Shown one piece after another: positions 22,001 to 33,406 of a DNA stretch of 64,000 nt (within the stretch, counting starts at the first letter, position 1; the number at the start of each line of letters is the position of its first letter). A model generated the notes under the pieces. It saw nothing but the letters and a program-made list of their open reading frames with translations. It had not been told where the DNA came from and did not search any database. Source of the DNA: Yuukianura sp. NJ FZ-2021 (Eukaryota); the NCBI GenBank assembly GCA_046563655.1, contig CM102288.1, forward strand, positions 620,001 to 684,000, given 5' to 3'. Position numbers and translations under genes: made by a program.

Positions 22001-25000
22001 TATAATCTCAGTTGGAAACTCTTCCACAAAAGGAATTCAAACATAAATGAAAATGAAAACAGAAATTTCAAATTTCAATTCAAACAGTAAAAACATTCTG
22101 CAATAAATTCTAAACTACACTTTAAGTTTGTATCTAAAAAATGCTTTAAAAACTGAAGTTTTTCTCGAATCGGATTTTCATTTGAGTTCAATTTTTTCTA
22201 AATTGGTGAAATTGTGAAGCGTAACTCCCCTCCGAATCATATCGACTTTTGAAAAGTGAAAATCCTCCAACGTGAGCTTTTGAGCGTGGACTAGACTTTG
22301 GTGTACTTTTTTGGAACTGAACCGACAGAGTCAGTTGCCCCACCGTGACATCTGATTTATTGACTGAATTTGTACCTGCCACCTCCACCATTAGTCATCA
22401 ACAGAAGCAAAACACCTCAGACTATGCCTAACCTTAACTTAACTCTCGCCAGGCCAATTCCAGCTCATACAAAAACTAACTTTTAAAAAGTTCAAATGTT
22501 GTTCTAAAAGAAATTGTTAAGAACAAGTCATTAGAACACAGCCTACAACAATATCATTTTTAAAAGACAGACGAGCCATCTGAATAATTGTTCCTTCAGG
22601 GCCCCCTAGGGCTGTTACGGTTCCGGTTGCAAGAACCGCAACCGATAGCGGATCCGGGTTCGGTTCGGATCCGGTTCACATATGTGAAGAGATCCGAAAA
22701 ATCGGATACGGTTCGGTTCGGTTCCGGTTCCATGGGTGGAACCGCCGGGTTCGCCAAAGGATCCGAACCGGAACCGAAAAATCTTCGGAACACTAGAATT
22801 CGCGCCTGACCGGTGTAAGAACTTACACTAAAGTATAGGACTACGACTGGTATATAGTGTGGACGTGCAAAAAGCGCTCAGAGTTTTTTTTTACTGCTGT
22901 GTGCACTTATTTTCTCTCGGATAATCTAAAAATACGGTGGTTTTGTCTCGTTTATATTAAATTTATAATAAATTATTATAATCTTATGATATTATTATTA
23001 TTATATTATCATATTATCATAAATTAGTAATTATTATTAATAATACACAAGTATAATGCAGTCTGATACACAATCCTCGACTGTTAGTGGTGGTGGTTCA
23101 CGCGCGAGAAAAAAACAAATGCGTGAATCCATTAAGGATGTTTGGTTTGTACATTTTCAAAGAAAAATCGGATCCCGGTTCGGATCGGATCGGATCCCGG
23201 TTCGGATCGGATCGGATCCGGTTCTCTAGTCCGTAACCGGATCCGGTTCCTCGGGTACGTTTTCAGTTCCAGTATCGGTTCCGGTTCCGCGTAGATCCGA
23301 ACCGATCCGGATCCATAACAGCCCTAGGGCCCCCAGTCTCCCTTAACTTCTCGTCTCACAACAAAAGTGGTTACCAGGGCTGGTCTTTTTAGCGCTAAAA
23401 AAGAATAGCTTAGCAATTTTAGCAAAAGTGCTAAAAACCCCGCTATTTATGCTAAAAACAATGTATCCTTATGGGGATTGGGCGCGAAGTTCGCAATCAG
23501 AACGCTAAGCGACAATTCGGGGCATAGAATACCTTAGATTTCGTGAAAAGAAAACTACGCAAAGCTTCTAACATATTTAGCGAATTAATTAATAATAAAT
23601 TAACAAATAATATAGCAAAAAAGAATATAATAATTCAAAAATAATTAATAAGACTAATTTCATAAAGTAATTACTTCTTACACCACAATAACTATGATAA
23701 TTATTTCAGTCATTAGCAAAATCAATTTCATCAAAACTGCTTTCTTTTTAATGTTTTTAAAACCAAAATTATGCTTTTCAAAAAACTTTTTAAATTTCGC
23801 AATGACCTTAGCATCGCAGCCGTTTTAGCTTAGCATAAATAGCAATACTAGAGAGTTATCTGCAGCCCACGTATCTCGAAAACGTAAACGTATCACGTAT
23901 CTTTTCGAAAAAGATACGTGAAGAGCTTGAGATACGTTAACGTATCTACTTACGTTAACGTAAAAGTCAAAAAGATACGTGAGAGATACGGGAGACGTAA
24001 ACGTATCTTAAATTCCAAATCACACTCAGTTCCAAGTGTGAATCCCTTTAGAAGTGTCTTTTGTATCTGTAAGAGGTGCAATTTGAAAATCACTCTTTTC
24101 TTCCTTTTTTTTGTAAACAAAAGCAGAGAGTTTCGGTTTTTGGTTTTTTGGGCTTGCAGAAAACTGGTGAAAAAGATACGGGAAACGTATCACGTATCTC
24201 AGAAAAGATACGTTACGTTACAACGTACGTAAGATACGTGGTCTGCAGATAACTGCCTAATGTTTTTAAACTTTTCCAAAAATGTGTTTGCCGAAAGTGT
24301 TTTTTTAGCTTTCTGTTGTTGTATTTTTTTTTAAATTTTGGACTGAAATAATAATTTATTTTGTGTGAGCAAATAGGCACATGTGAGTTGATTGATGAAG
24401 ATCATTTGTTACTCACCTTGCAAATTAAATTAACTAATAACTATTTTTTACACATTCATCTTCAGTACGTTTCATTTTTTCCAAAAGTCACAAAAAAGAG
24501 TTCCATTTTCTATCTGTCAATACAACCTCCCCTCAATTTCAAACAGGGGAGGTCAATGAACACACTTTTTTGAAAATTAAATTTTAGAAAAAACTAAAAC
24601 AACTTACTAGAATTCTCTGTTTCTCCTTTCTCATGTCGAATTTGAATTGTGAATTTGTAAGTTGCGAGTTTTGGAAATTTTGAAAACGAATTTAGAATTT
24701 ATCAAAAGTAGGGTCTATTTTTTTAAATTACTGGAAGATGCTTTTTGTTTGTTAGAGTTGGAGTGGCCTGGAGGAAGTTGGATTGTGCTGTTGTAAATTT
24801 CGTTGAATTCACTTTTGTTTAAGTTGATGTTGAATTGTCATGCAATCAGAGGAATCTGATCCCTCTGTCTGCTGAACCAGTAGCGATGCCCACCAATTAC
24901 TTTTCCAAATCCACGTGCCCAACGCAAAAACAATTTCAACTTAATTCGCTAAACTTAACCTTAAGCTTCAACTTTCGCAAAAGAAAACACAAAAAAAGAG

Positions 25001-25396
25001 TTCAGGTTCGGATGAAAAGTTTGTCCTTAATCAAACTTTCCCAAAATTTCCCCAAAGAAAGGAGAAAGCAAAAGAAATGGCAAAACTTTTTTGATTAAAA
25101 AAAAAACCTTTCTTTTCCTCCCTCCGTTCTGCCTTCACACTCAATGTCAAAGTTCATGTAAAAATCAATGCCGATTCTACTACTAAACATATTTATATAT
25201 AATTATAAACATATTTAATCATATTTATAAACATATTTAATATTACATATTAAAATATATTAATATTAATGTATTATATAAAATTTACCTGCAGGAACAT
25301 TTCTCCGTCGAGGGGCGTGTGGTCATAGGCCGTGAGAGCTATGTGATCTCGATTTCTATAATCCACAACATCACCCTTGTCGCGCAGCATCGACCC
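16090..25396 (-). CDS. ss: Spineless / aryl hydrocarbon receptor bHLH-PAS gene: PAS-A, PAS-B and C-terminal exons (bHLH exons not found; two apparent 1-nt frameshifts)
   Basis: LDGEMFLQ|ALNGFL..HNIECYLGMHQ|SDIVHQSIWEMVHSEDREELQRQLMWN..ERSFTVRFRCLLDNTSGFL|RLDIRGR..LFALCTPFGPP..GYDLVHFDDLAYVASAHQE..WKWLQTTSKLIYKNSKPDF..EEEGRDLLGKRTMDFKVSYLDAGL..RRYKTQLRDFL..PLLSISEVTNTLLN. Confidence 0.93.
18180..18470. repeat. Long inverted repeat (foldback/MITE-like), arms ~105-120 bp, loop ~50 bp
   Basis: GGATCAGCGT..AAGGTCGTACAATGACC..ACTTTAGGAAAAGACTTGATCTAGTACCCTGTCGGAG..TTTTAGTTCTA is mirrored as its reverse complement at ~18350-18452. Confidence 0.9.
22607..23326. mobile_element. Non-autonomous hAT MITE (720 bp)
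   Basis: TIR TAGGGCTGTTAYGG; perfect 8-bp TSD GGGCCCCC (22599-22606 and 23327-23334); dense subterminal CCGG/TCGGA motifs. Confidence 0.92.
23851..24257. mobile_element. MITE with ~24-bp TIRs, abutting a probable truncated hAT-like MITE that starts at 23375
   Basis: TIR AGTTATCTGCAGMCCACGTATCT at both ends, flanked by TA, with many internal GATACGT motifs. The left neighbour starts CAGGGCTGG with TAGC/GCTA repeats but has no right TIR. Confidence 0.75.
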
Positions 25397-28193
25397 TGCA
25401 AAAAAAAAAATTCAAAAATTTTAAAATTTAAAAAATTTTTGAACTAGGTGTGCGTGGCTAACCATACGCTTTTATTTCAAAAACGAACCAAAAATTTTGA
25501 TACTAATTCTTTATGTTTTTTTTTTTGTTTGAGAGAATTCTGATGGCGGAGGCATGAATTCCCTTTGGATTGGTTGTTATTTTGTTTTTGTTGAAGACAA
25601 AAGAAAATTGGTATAAAAATTACATATGTTGGGATGAACAAAAGGAAAAAATGGAAGAAGTAAACTCGTTTCGCTTGGAGAGAATGGGAGGAAATTATAC
25701 GTTCAGTTCCCTTGTTCCTATCGACAGTTTCTTAACAATTTCTGAAACTCTTTCACAAAAAACACAAACCATCATTATCTTCCTCCATCACTTTTTTTTT
25801 GTTCTAAAAATCAAGGCTACAATCAAAGTTTTAGTCTCTCAAACTCTAATCCAAAATTACTTCCATAGTCTCACAACTAAAAAAACCAAAAGAGTGTTCT
25901 GATTTTTCAAAATTTTGGGGAAAAAAAACATCAGAAGAAGTTAAAAATCATTTTTTTGGAAGAAAATTTCAAAATTTTCTGAGTAGTTTTTGAACAATTG
26001 AGTTGGAATTTGGGATGTGAAAATAAGAGTGAAATGTGAAAAGAGAGCCGCACCCTGTGTGCCATGATCCTTAATCTAGAATCGATGAGAAATAAATTGA
26101 GTCCATAAGGTAAAAGCATACGTTAGGCTAGCGTCGTTAGGTTGTGCCAGTAGGCACGTGTAGCCTTTAAGGTTTTCGTTAGGTTAGTTGGGTTAGTGTT
26201 TTTGTATCTCGCTTTCTCCCCTCCGAACATTAAGGAGTAATTAAGAATAGAAAGAGAGGATTGACAAAGGGCCCAGCGACGCCTTCATGTTATTCCAACT
26301 CCCCCATAGTGCTTTCTCCACAAGACGCCTAGCCTAACCAACCTAACTGTTAGCCTAACCAAACCTATTTTCAGCCTGACATGAGTTTCAACCCAGGTAG
26401 ATTTCCGATTTCCCTGGGAAAAGACCCGGGAGAAGGCCAAAACTCCCGGGACACACGCCGCTTATCAACTCATTCCACATAAACGATCTACCCTTTCTCT
26501 CTCAACATGTCGTAGTTAGGTTGTTAGCCTAACAAAATCCAATAACCTAACAAATCCTAACATTTCCAACCTAAATTCTACGACATAAGGGTAGTTTTCT
26601 ACCTGTGAGTTTCGTGGACTTGTCAATCCCTTGATCCCCCTTCAACTCCTGCTATGTAGAATATTAACTCTTTGAGTCCAAATGAACCGAAAAAAGTAAG
26701 AGTAAAACCGAATTCGGGGAAAAGCGGACTTAGTCACTTCCAGTTTTAGTTTTTGTGAACGTGGTTCGCCTACGGGGGTGAATAAATCAAGGGAGTTATG
26801 TTGATTTGTGTTATTTGACAAGTAAGGGAGGAGGGTTAATCTTTTGACTCTGTTAAATTCTGCTTTTACTTATTTTGGACTCAGCTTAAGCTCTAAACTT
26901 GAGTCAATAAATTTCAAAACACTTGACAGGTCAGGTCACTTCCATCCAGGAGCTGCAAATAGGCTTAACAACTTACAACCAATCAGCTTCCACAAAAAAA
27001 CTCAATTTTCAAAACATAAACATAAAATAAAAAGCAGATTTTCAAAAAAAAAAAGCCTCAAGAAATTTAATCACGAAAATACCGTATTTCACGGCGTATA
27101 ACGCGCGCTGAAATACTATGATTCCTGGAAAATATAAATTAAAAAAAAATTTTTTTGCAGAGAGTTTGAATAGTTCCTCCAGCTTCAACTTTGGTGCTAA
27201 CTGCTTAGTGTATGTTGTTAGCGCTAGCGGTAGCTTCATTTTTTGAAACTAAAGTTCGTGATAGCGTGATGTTGAGTATTTGGTTGCCGAAGGTGTTGAC
27301 GGCGTGTCTTTCAAATATTTCCCAGCACGACTTCAGCCAAATACGAAACTCAATTCATTCCCGTTTTAGTACCAAAAGTAGAGAGCTTCTTAATTCAACT
27401 TTGACCTCATGAACTTACGCATGCAAACTCCATCTCAAAACCTGTTGAAATTCAGTCAATACTTTTCAAAATTTGGAATTTCCCGTTTTTCTATTCCAAT
27501 TTTTCGGCGCAGACTGTTCCTTCTCGGTGGTACAATTTATCGGAGCAGCCTGTTGTCAAATTAAATCGTCCAATTGAAAAAGTAAAGAGATAGGTCATGC
27601 TGTGCTGTCAATTGTTTAGTTTTATTAAAGTAAAAACTGAGTTCCTGTCTTAAAACTGGAGAAATTTGTAGACTGAAGTAAAAAGTTGATTTAAAGCGGG
27701 AGTAATTTTCGCATGTCTTTTTCTCTTTTAAAGCTGAGTGCGGAATCGTTTTGTAATTGTGAATAAAATATAGTTTTGTGTTGGTAGTGTGTAAATCGAC
27801 GAGTTGTCTTTCGTTGTTGCTTAATTACAGGTTACACACCTCTCATTATACTTCACTCTTCTTCCACTTTGTGAACCACAATCAATTCGTCTTCAAGCAA
27901 AAGTAGGAGAGAGCGACCAAGATACCATGAACACCAACGTATTTTTACAAAAATTGAATTTTTTTAAACTCATTTTGGAACTAATTTCTCATGATCTTCT
28001 TTAGAACTCAAGTGGAACAACGAGGAACTGAAAATCCAAGGTGTTTAAACGGATTTTCTAAAATGGAATTTGAAAAGTTGATCCAGAATGACTCAAGGTC
28101 TGTCATTTTAAAAGCTTGAGATTTAGATTGAGTTTTTGTTTTAAAAAGTTAAGCTTAAGTTGTCACTGTAAGTTACAAAAATGGGGAGCTGTT

Positions 28194-29542
28194 TTAGACG
28201 TTGATGATTGGCGGATCCAACTGACGCTTCATTTCTTCCAGTTCTTGACATTTCAAGTCAGAGATCATGTACTGATGATGGACAATTCTTCGGTAAAAAA
28301 CGACTCCAAAGAGACACACACCGAATAGCACCGAGGATAAAAGAACTGAAATTGCAATTTTAAAAAATCCGTTTTTGAAACTTTTTTTTGAAAGTTTTTT
28401 TTTATGGAAGTTACTTGTAGCGCACAAACTTGCTACTTCTGAAAAGTACGTAAACTTGATCCAGCAGAGCAGAATGACATCGAGTGTGAAGAAGAAGATG
28501 GACAAAGTGTTACCGAGGACCCATGACAGGTCAATGAGGAACATCATGGAGTCATGCGGAGACTCATGTGCTGAGGAATACGGTGCTAACTTGGCCACCG
28601 TCTCAATATGTGGCAGAATACAAGTCTACCAAAAGTTAAAAACAGAACATGTTTAGATGTTAATGATTTTCATGGTGGCATTTGTTGTAGTTTGGGTATA
28701 AAACTTACGGAAATCATCACTGCCAACATGGTCGTGCTGTGGAAAATTCAAATTAAAAAAAAGGAGAAACAACATGATTGTAGAATACCAACATTTACAA
28801 AATTAACTTGCGAAAATGCAAAGCCATGGATTACTTTTTACTTACCAAACGAGGAGTGAAGTTGTGATTGTAAATGCACACAAGAGGTAAGGATCTGGAT
28901 CGTCATTGATTTGCAATTCCACAGTGGCTACCTTGCAATTCCAGAAAGAAATCATAATTTTTTAGAAAAATTGTGAATTTTGAAAAACGCAAATGAAATT
29001 ATCTGAGAATTTGAATTTAGTTGACGACATACCACGGAGAAGCCGGCCATACTGTTACACATGCACCAAAAAAAGAGTATAAACATCAATTTTGCATGAA
29101 CAAAATTTTGGCGAATTTGAAATTGCAAAAAAAACTTACACTGCTGATATTTCAGTGATTCCTTCCAATTTGGCTTTGCTGAGATGAAGGCGTCGCCAAG
29201 CTAAAAACTCCGGCGTATTCACATCCATTTGCTCCGTGTCTTCAAACTGACATTTTTGGCTCTAAAACACACACAGCTAGTTAAAAGTTAAACTAGTTAA
29301 ATTGAAATTAGTTAAAAAAAGTTTAATTTGTTAAAAACTATACAGTTCACACATTGGAATGTTAATACCGGTTCCGGGAGTTCTTCGAGCTGAAATGTCA
29401 CTGAACCGCAGTGGGGACTTTGGTCTGCAATACTCCATGACACCGATCGTGGGTCCGAAGCTACCCGGGTAGCGACATTCGTCGGACTTGTCGGGGGACT
29501 CGGATTTGGCGACATTGACGGAAGACTTTGCGATGGTCGCAT
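28194..29542 (-). CDS. Orai: Orai-family paralog D, copy 2 (intact, same exon structure)
   Basis: Same splice sites and micro-exons as copy 1. The protein is nearly identical (e.g. W>L in ASWCAT, F>C in SQKFQ) despite many synonymous differences. Confidence 0.92.
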
Positions 29543-29986
29543 GCTGTCACCCTTCCTAATAATGCTGACACAAACTGAGAACTGCAAAAAATTCAGATAC
29601 TCTCATTCAGTCAAACTTGCAAAAAAGTTTTCGCACAATGAATGTAACAGAACTCTGCGTATCTCGAAATAGTTAATTTATGAAAATGAAATTAGAAAAC
29701 AAGATCATGTGCGAAAAGAATATGACAGAAGATGATACCAAACGCTTTTGCTTGACACTGACACATTTAGGAAGGAAGCATTCTGTATCACAACTTTTGT
29801 TACAACACAGAATTAATTTTAAGTCAATCTTAACTTACATTCGTTTTGTCAACATTTAATAAACAAGAGCGGACAGATTTAAAAGTAAAATTAACAAAAG
29901 ACTAGAAACATGGTTTCGAAGAATTAGCACTTTAAAATTCTTACTACACTAAAAATTAACGTCCAATAAATTAAGTTAGCTCAGCG

Positions 29987-32833
29987 TTATTCACTCAACG
30001 GAAAAAAATAGTTTTGTTCAAAAATTCCTCCCCCACTGACTCCACCGCTGTAAGTAACGTTGTAGTTGTAAATGAGATGCTGCGATTCATCTTCGTAGGA
30101 TCCAAAAGTATGACGACTCTTCCGAGCTACAAATCAAAAACATATCTAGTAAAGTAAATGCAAAATTTCAGTTTTTATGTAAATCTAATTAGAATTTGTA
30201 GAAATTTACCTTGATTGACCAAAAACTGTGCAAAATATTGACCAATCAGGACAGCTTCACTTGTATGTGGAATGTTTTTCTTCCAGCTCCACTCGTACAT
30301 GTTCTTCTCAGGGTGGAATTGGATTCCAAAGAATGGATACTTTTTAGATTCTATGCTGGATACAAAGAGAGGCTCAAGAGAGTCATTGGACCATGACAAA
30401 ACGTTGTACTGCTCTTCTATTGCACTGTGCTGTTTTAGTGTGTCCTTGGTTACACAAAAGTGATGGAAATTCGATGCTAATGGTTGGCTAGCCAGCAGCT
30501 TCAGAACGGTCGCTGGAGCGCGTTTGAACAGTTCACTGTATTTTGCCACTAAAAATAACATCAAAACCGGTCACTTGTTATTAAGAAAAATATTTTCCAG
30601 GTCAATCAATTTGGTTTTAGTTCCAATGCTCCCATCTGAGATATTCAAATTAACTTACACTGTGTAAACTGTAAAGTGGTGCTGATGTTGTAGGAGTTGC
30701 AACTGGCAAGCACTTCTGATCCAACAACTTCGTAGATCAAGTACTCGAAGCCAAGACATGTTCCCCAAACGGGGAAGTGATCTCCGTTGTCATTGGCTTC
30801 TCGGGCAAGAGTCATCAAGTACTTGGCTGCAGTCGCATACCGTATTTTCCCAAATAGTACACCTGGTGTACTAATTTTGTTTTCGACTTCTGGGGGTGGT
30901 GTACTATTAGGGACCTGGTGTATTATTAGAGACGGTGTACTAATTAATTTTTTAAGAATGAGGATTTTATTCTTAACTAAAACGTTCAGGAATCAGGAGA
31001 AAATAATTTCTAAATTACTAAAAACTACTCCACTTCGATTTCAGAATCCGTATCCACAGTGTCCAACAATGAATCCCAGGCAATCTTCACCCATTTAGTC
31101 ATCAATTTCTTGGATGGAGCCTTAAAAATTAAGAATTTATATAAATTCTATTTAAAAAGAAACCTACGAAATTATTAGTTATGATTTACCTTCAAATACC
31201 TTACGCTGGCGTACGACTTTACTTATAAATGTAGCCAAATCAGCAACTTTCGAAAACAATTGATCCGGTTCCTTTTGTCCTACTGTAGTCCTCCGTCTTA
31301 ATGATAATGAGTGTCTTTTGAGAAAACGATTCAGCCAGCCCAAACATGCGACGAACTTCGTTCTGTTTCCGTTATCCAATGTTGGGAAAATTCTCTTCGC
31401 CTGCTCTTGAATCGAACGCCGTGAGACCCTTAACGATTTGTTTCGTTGTTCCATAATCCAGTAAAAGAGTGAATCATCCAACTCAGGTATCAATCGTTTC
31501 CGTCCACCGCCGATCAACCTTTTGTGTTTGATCTTGGACGATTTCACGTTTGACACTGTAAACAAAATACTGTTTCAGTATGAATGTAATAATGAGGAAA
31601 AATTTTTTTATTCACAATAATTACTCACCTAAAGCATTTTCCTTTCTAATCCATGTCCGAATACTCTGTCGATCAATGTTGCATTCTTTAGCTGCTGCAG
31701 AACTTGATTTATCCTTGGCCAATTTCAATACTTTCAATTTGAACTCCAGGTCAAATGATCTTTTTTTGTTGGGAGACATTTTAAGTAAGAATACGAATGT
31801 TAAGTAAAACAATTTGGAGAGAAGTAACGTGGAGATAAACACAACAAATGAAGAGCTATAATATTACTAGCTCAACTACCTTCTCCGGGTGTTATACTCC
31901 TAATGCTACATTACCAAATACCCTGGTGTACTATTAGAGACCTGGTGTACTATTTGGGACGGTGTACTAATTAATTTTTCGGCCCCTGGACCTGGTGTAC
32001 TATTAGGGACCTGGTGTACTATTTAGGTATGGTGTACTATTAGGGAAAATACGGTATCCAGATTCGTTGAAATAAACTCCTCCCCCGGGCAAAAGTAACC
32101 TAAAAAGGGGAATCGATGTTTTTTATTAGATTCACTAAAAAATTTCAAGTTTCACTATTTAGCGCAATTACCCATTGATTCCTTGAAATATTTGATCGTA
32201 GTATTCCAGCGTCTGATTAATCCTGTAGTAATTCCAGGTTCAAAAATTAGATTCAATTAAAACTTCTTAATTTTATTGCAATTTTACTCACTTTATAGGC
32301 ACGACTCTTCCACCACCTCCCTCCACAAATTTAACATAGGATGCCGCAATATACGAAAGTGGTGGTTCGTTGGCCTTGACCTTCCCGTCATTGTGGTACT
32401 CCTGAGCCAGTATTCCTGAAAAAAAAAATGAAACGGTTATCACTATTGTGAAATTGTGATCAATTCAATCACTTTTTAAAAGATTCAATTTTGACAAACA
32501 GCTGATTCTTCTCACACTGTAAAGAAAAAGAAACTTTTTTTTTGCTACTAACTTACCGATAATAGGTCGGTCATTCCAAAACCCTCCTGCTTCTGCTGAC
32601 ACAAGTTCAAGGTCAGCGTCTTGCGAAGTAACAGTGTAAATGAAGGCAATACCAATTGCCAAACTAAAAATGACTACAAATGTCAGTGCCAAAAGTGCTA
32701 AGAATCTGAAGGAACAAAGAACATTGTCCTCCTCCCGATGAATTCTCTGTCTACTTCCATTATGTCCAACCAATTGCTCCAAGTAAATTGACCCTGAACT
32801 TTGATTTTTCTCCAAAGGTTGAAGGATTTTCAT
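29987..32833 (-). pseudogene. GGH: GGH copy 2, interrupted in a coding exon by a 1.2-kb pogo-type element
   Basis: Same exons as copy 1; the exon encoding LPGGGVYFNESGY/ATAAKYL is split at the Tyr codon by the element at 30840-32054. Confidence 0.88.
30840..32054 (-). mobile_element. Internally deleted pogo-family DNA transposon (Brinker-like HTH + CENP-B HTH retained, DDE core missing)
   Basis: 24-bp TIR CCGTATTTTCCCWAATAGTACACC; TA TSD (30838-39 and 32055-56); the empty site is visible in duplication copy 1 near 8192. Subterminal GGTGTACTA repeats; ORF MSPNKKRSFDLEFKLKVL..IRTW / GGGRKR..LDDSLFYWIMEQRNK..FVACLGWLNRFLKRHSLSLRRRTT. Confidence 0.95.
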
Positions 32834-33406
32834 TTTCAAAAAACTTGGTTTAAAAAATCAACCAGAACGTCAAAAGGTTACAGTTCCTAAAGAAAAATGT
32901 AAACCCGATGAGAAAAGGAAATTAAAATCTCTAGAGAGATTTTTAGAGCTAAAAACGCCTCCCCTCCCCATTCCCCACCCACTATCAGTAGATTGTACTG
33001 CCAAAATATAAAGGCGATGAATCAATAATCTCTGCAGTATGGCTTTGGATGAGCACTTTTTGCACAGATTCGCAATTTGCACATTTGAGCGTCAAAAATG
33101 ACTCAAATCCAACAGCGAATTGTCTAATCTAATCATGACCTTTGGCCTTATTTAGTAGTGAAAGCCAGATCCTGATAAGAATTTCACAAAAAAAATTTAA
33201 GCAAACTGCTGTTTTCATTATTTCGGCAAAAGTTTATGAATTATTAGCAAAAATATCTTCAAGAGTTGGATTGAAATTATAGAAACTTGCTAGAGAAATT
33301 ACTTAAATTAGATACGAATTAATTAATGCACAAAAACGAAAAATATAGCTTACTGTTTTTCCGGGGAACATGAGCATAACTTTGTTAAGATTTCATTACG
33401 ATGTGA

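Larger units (their letters stand above)
28194..33305. repeat. Segmental duplication copy 2 (Orai-D + GGH), longer than copy 1 mainly because of a transposon insertion
   Basis: Colinear with 5590-9426, with scattered substitutions and small indels. Confidence 0.95.

Noticed and set aside
22588..22809. Overlapping 73-aa and 65-aa ORFs
   Set aside because: They lie in the GC-rich subterminal repeats of the hAT MITE.
26120..26590. Scattered TTAGG/CCTAA motifs and an imperfect hairpin at ~26507-26586
   Set aside because: Not a tandem telomeric array, and pairing is too irregular to call a miRNA or element end.
27200..27445. Exon-like pieces on the minus strand upstream of spineless
   Set aside because: The translation shows no similarity to the Ss bHLH or any motif I recognise and cannot be linked into a gene model.
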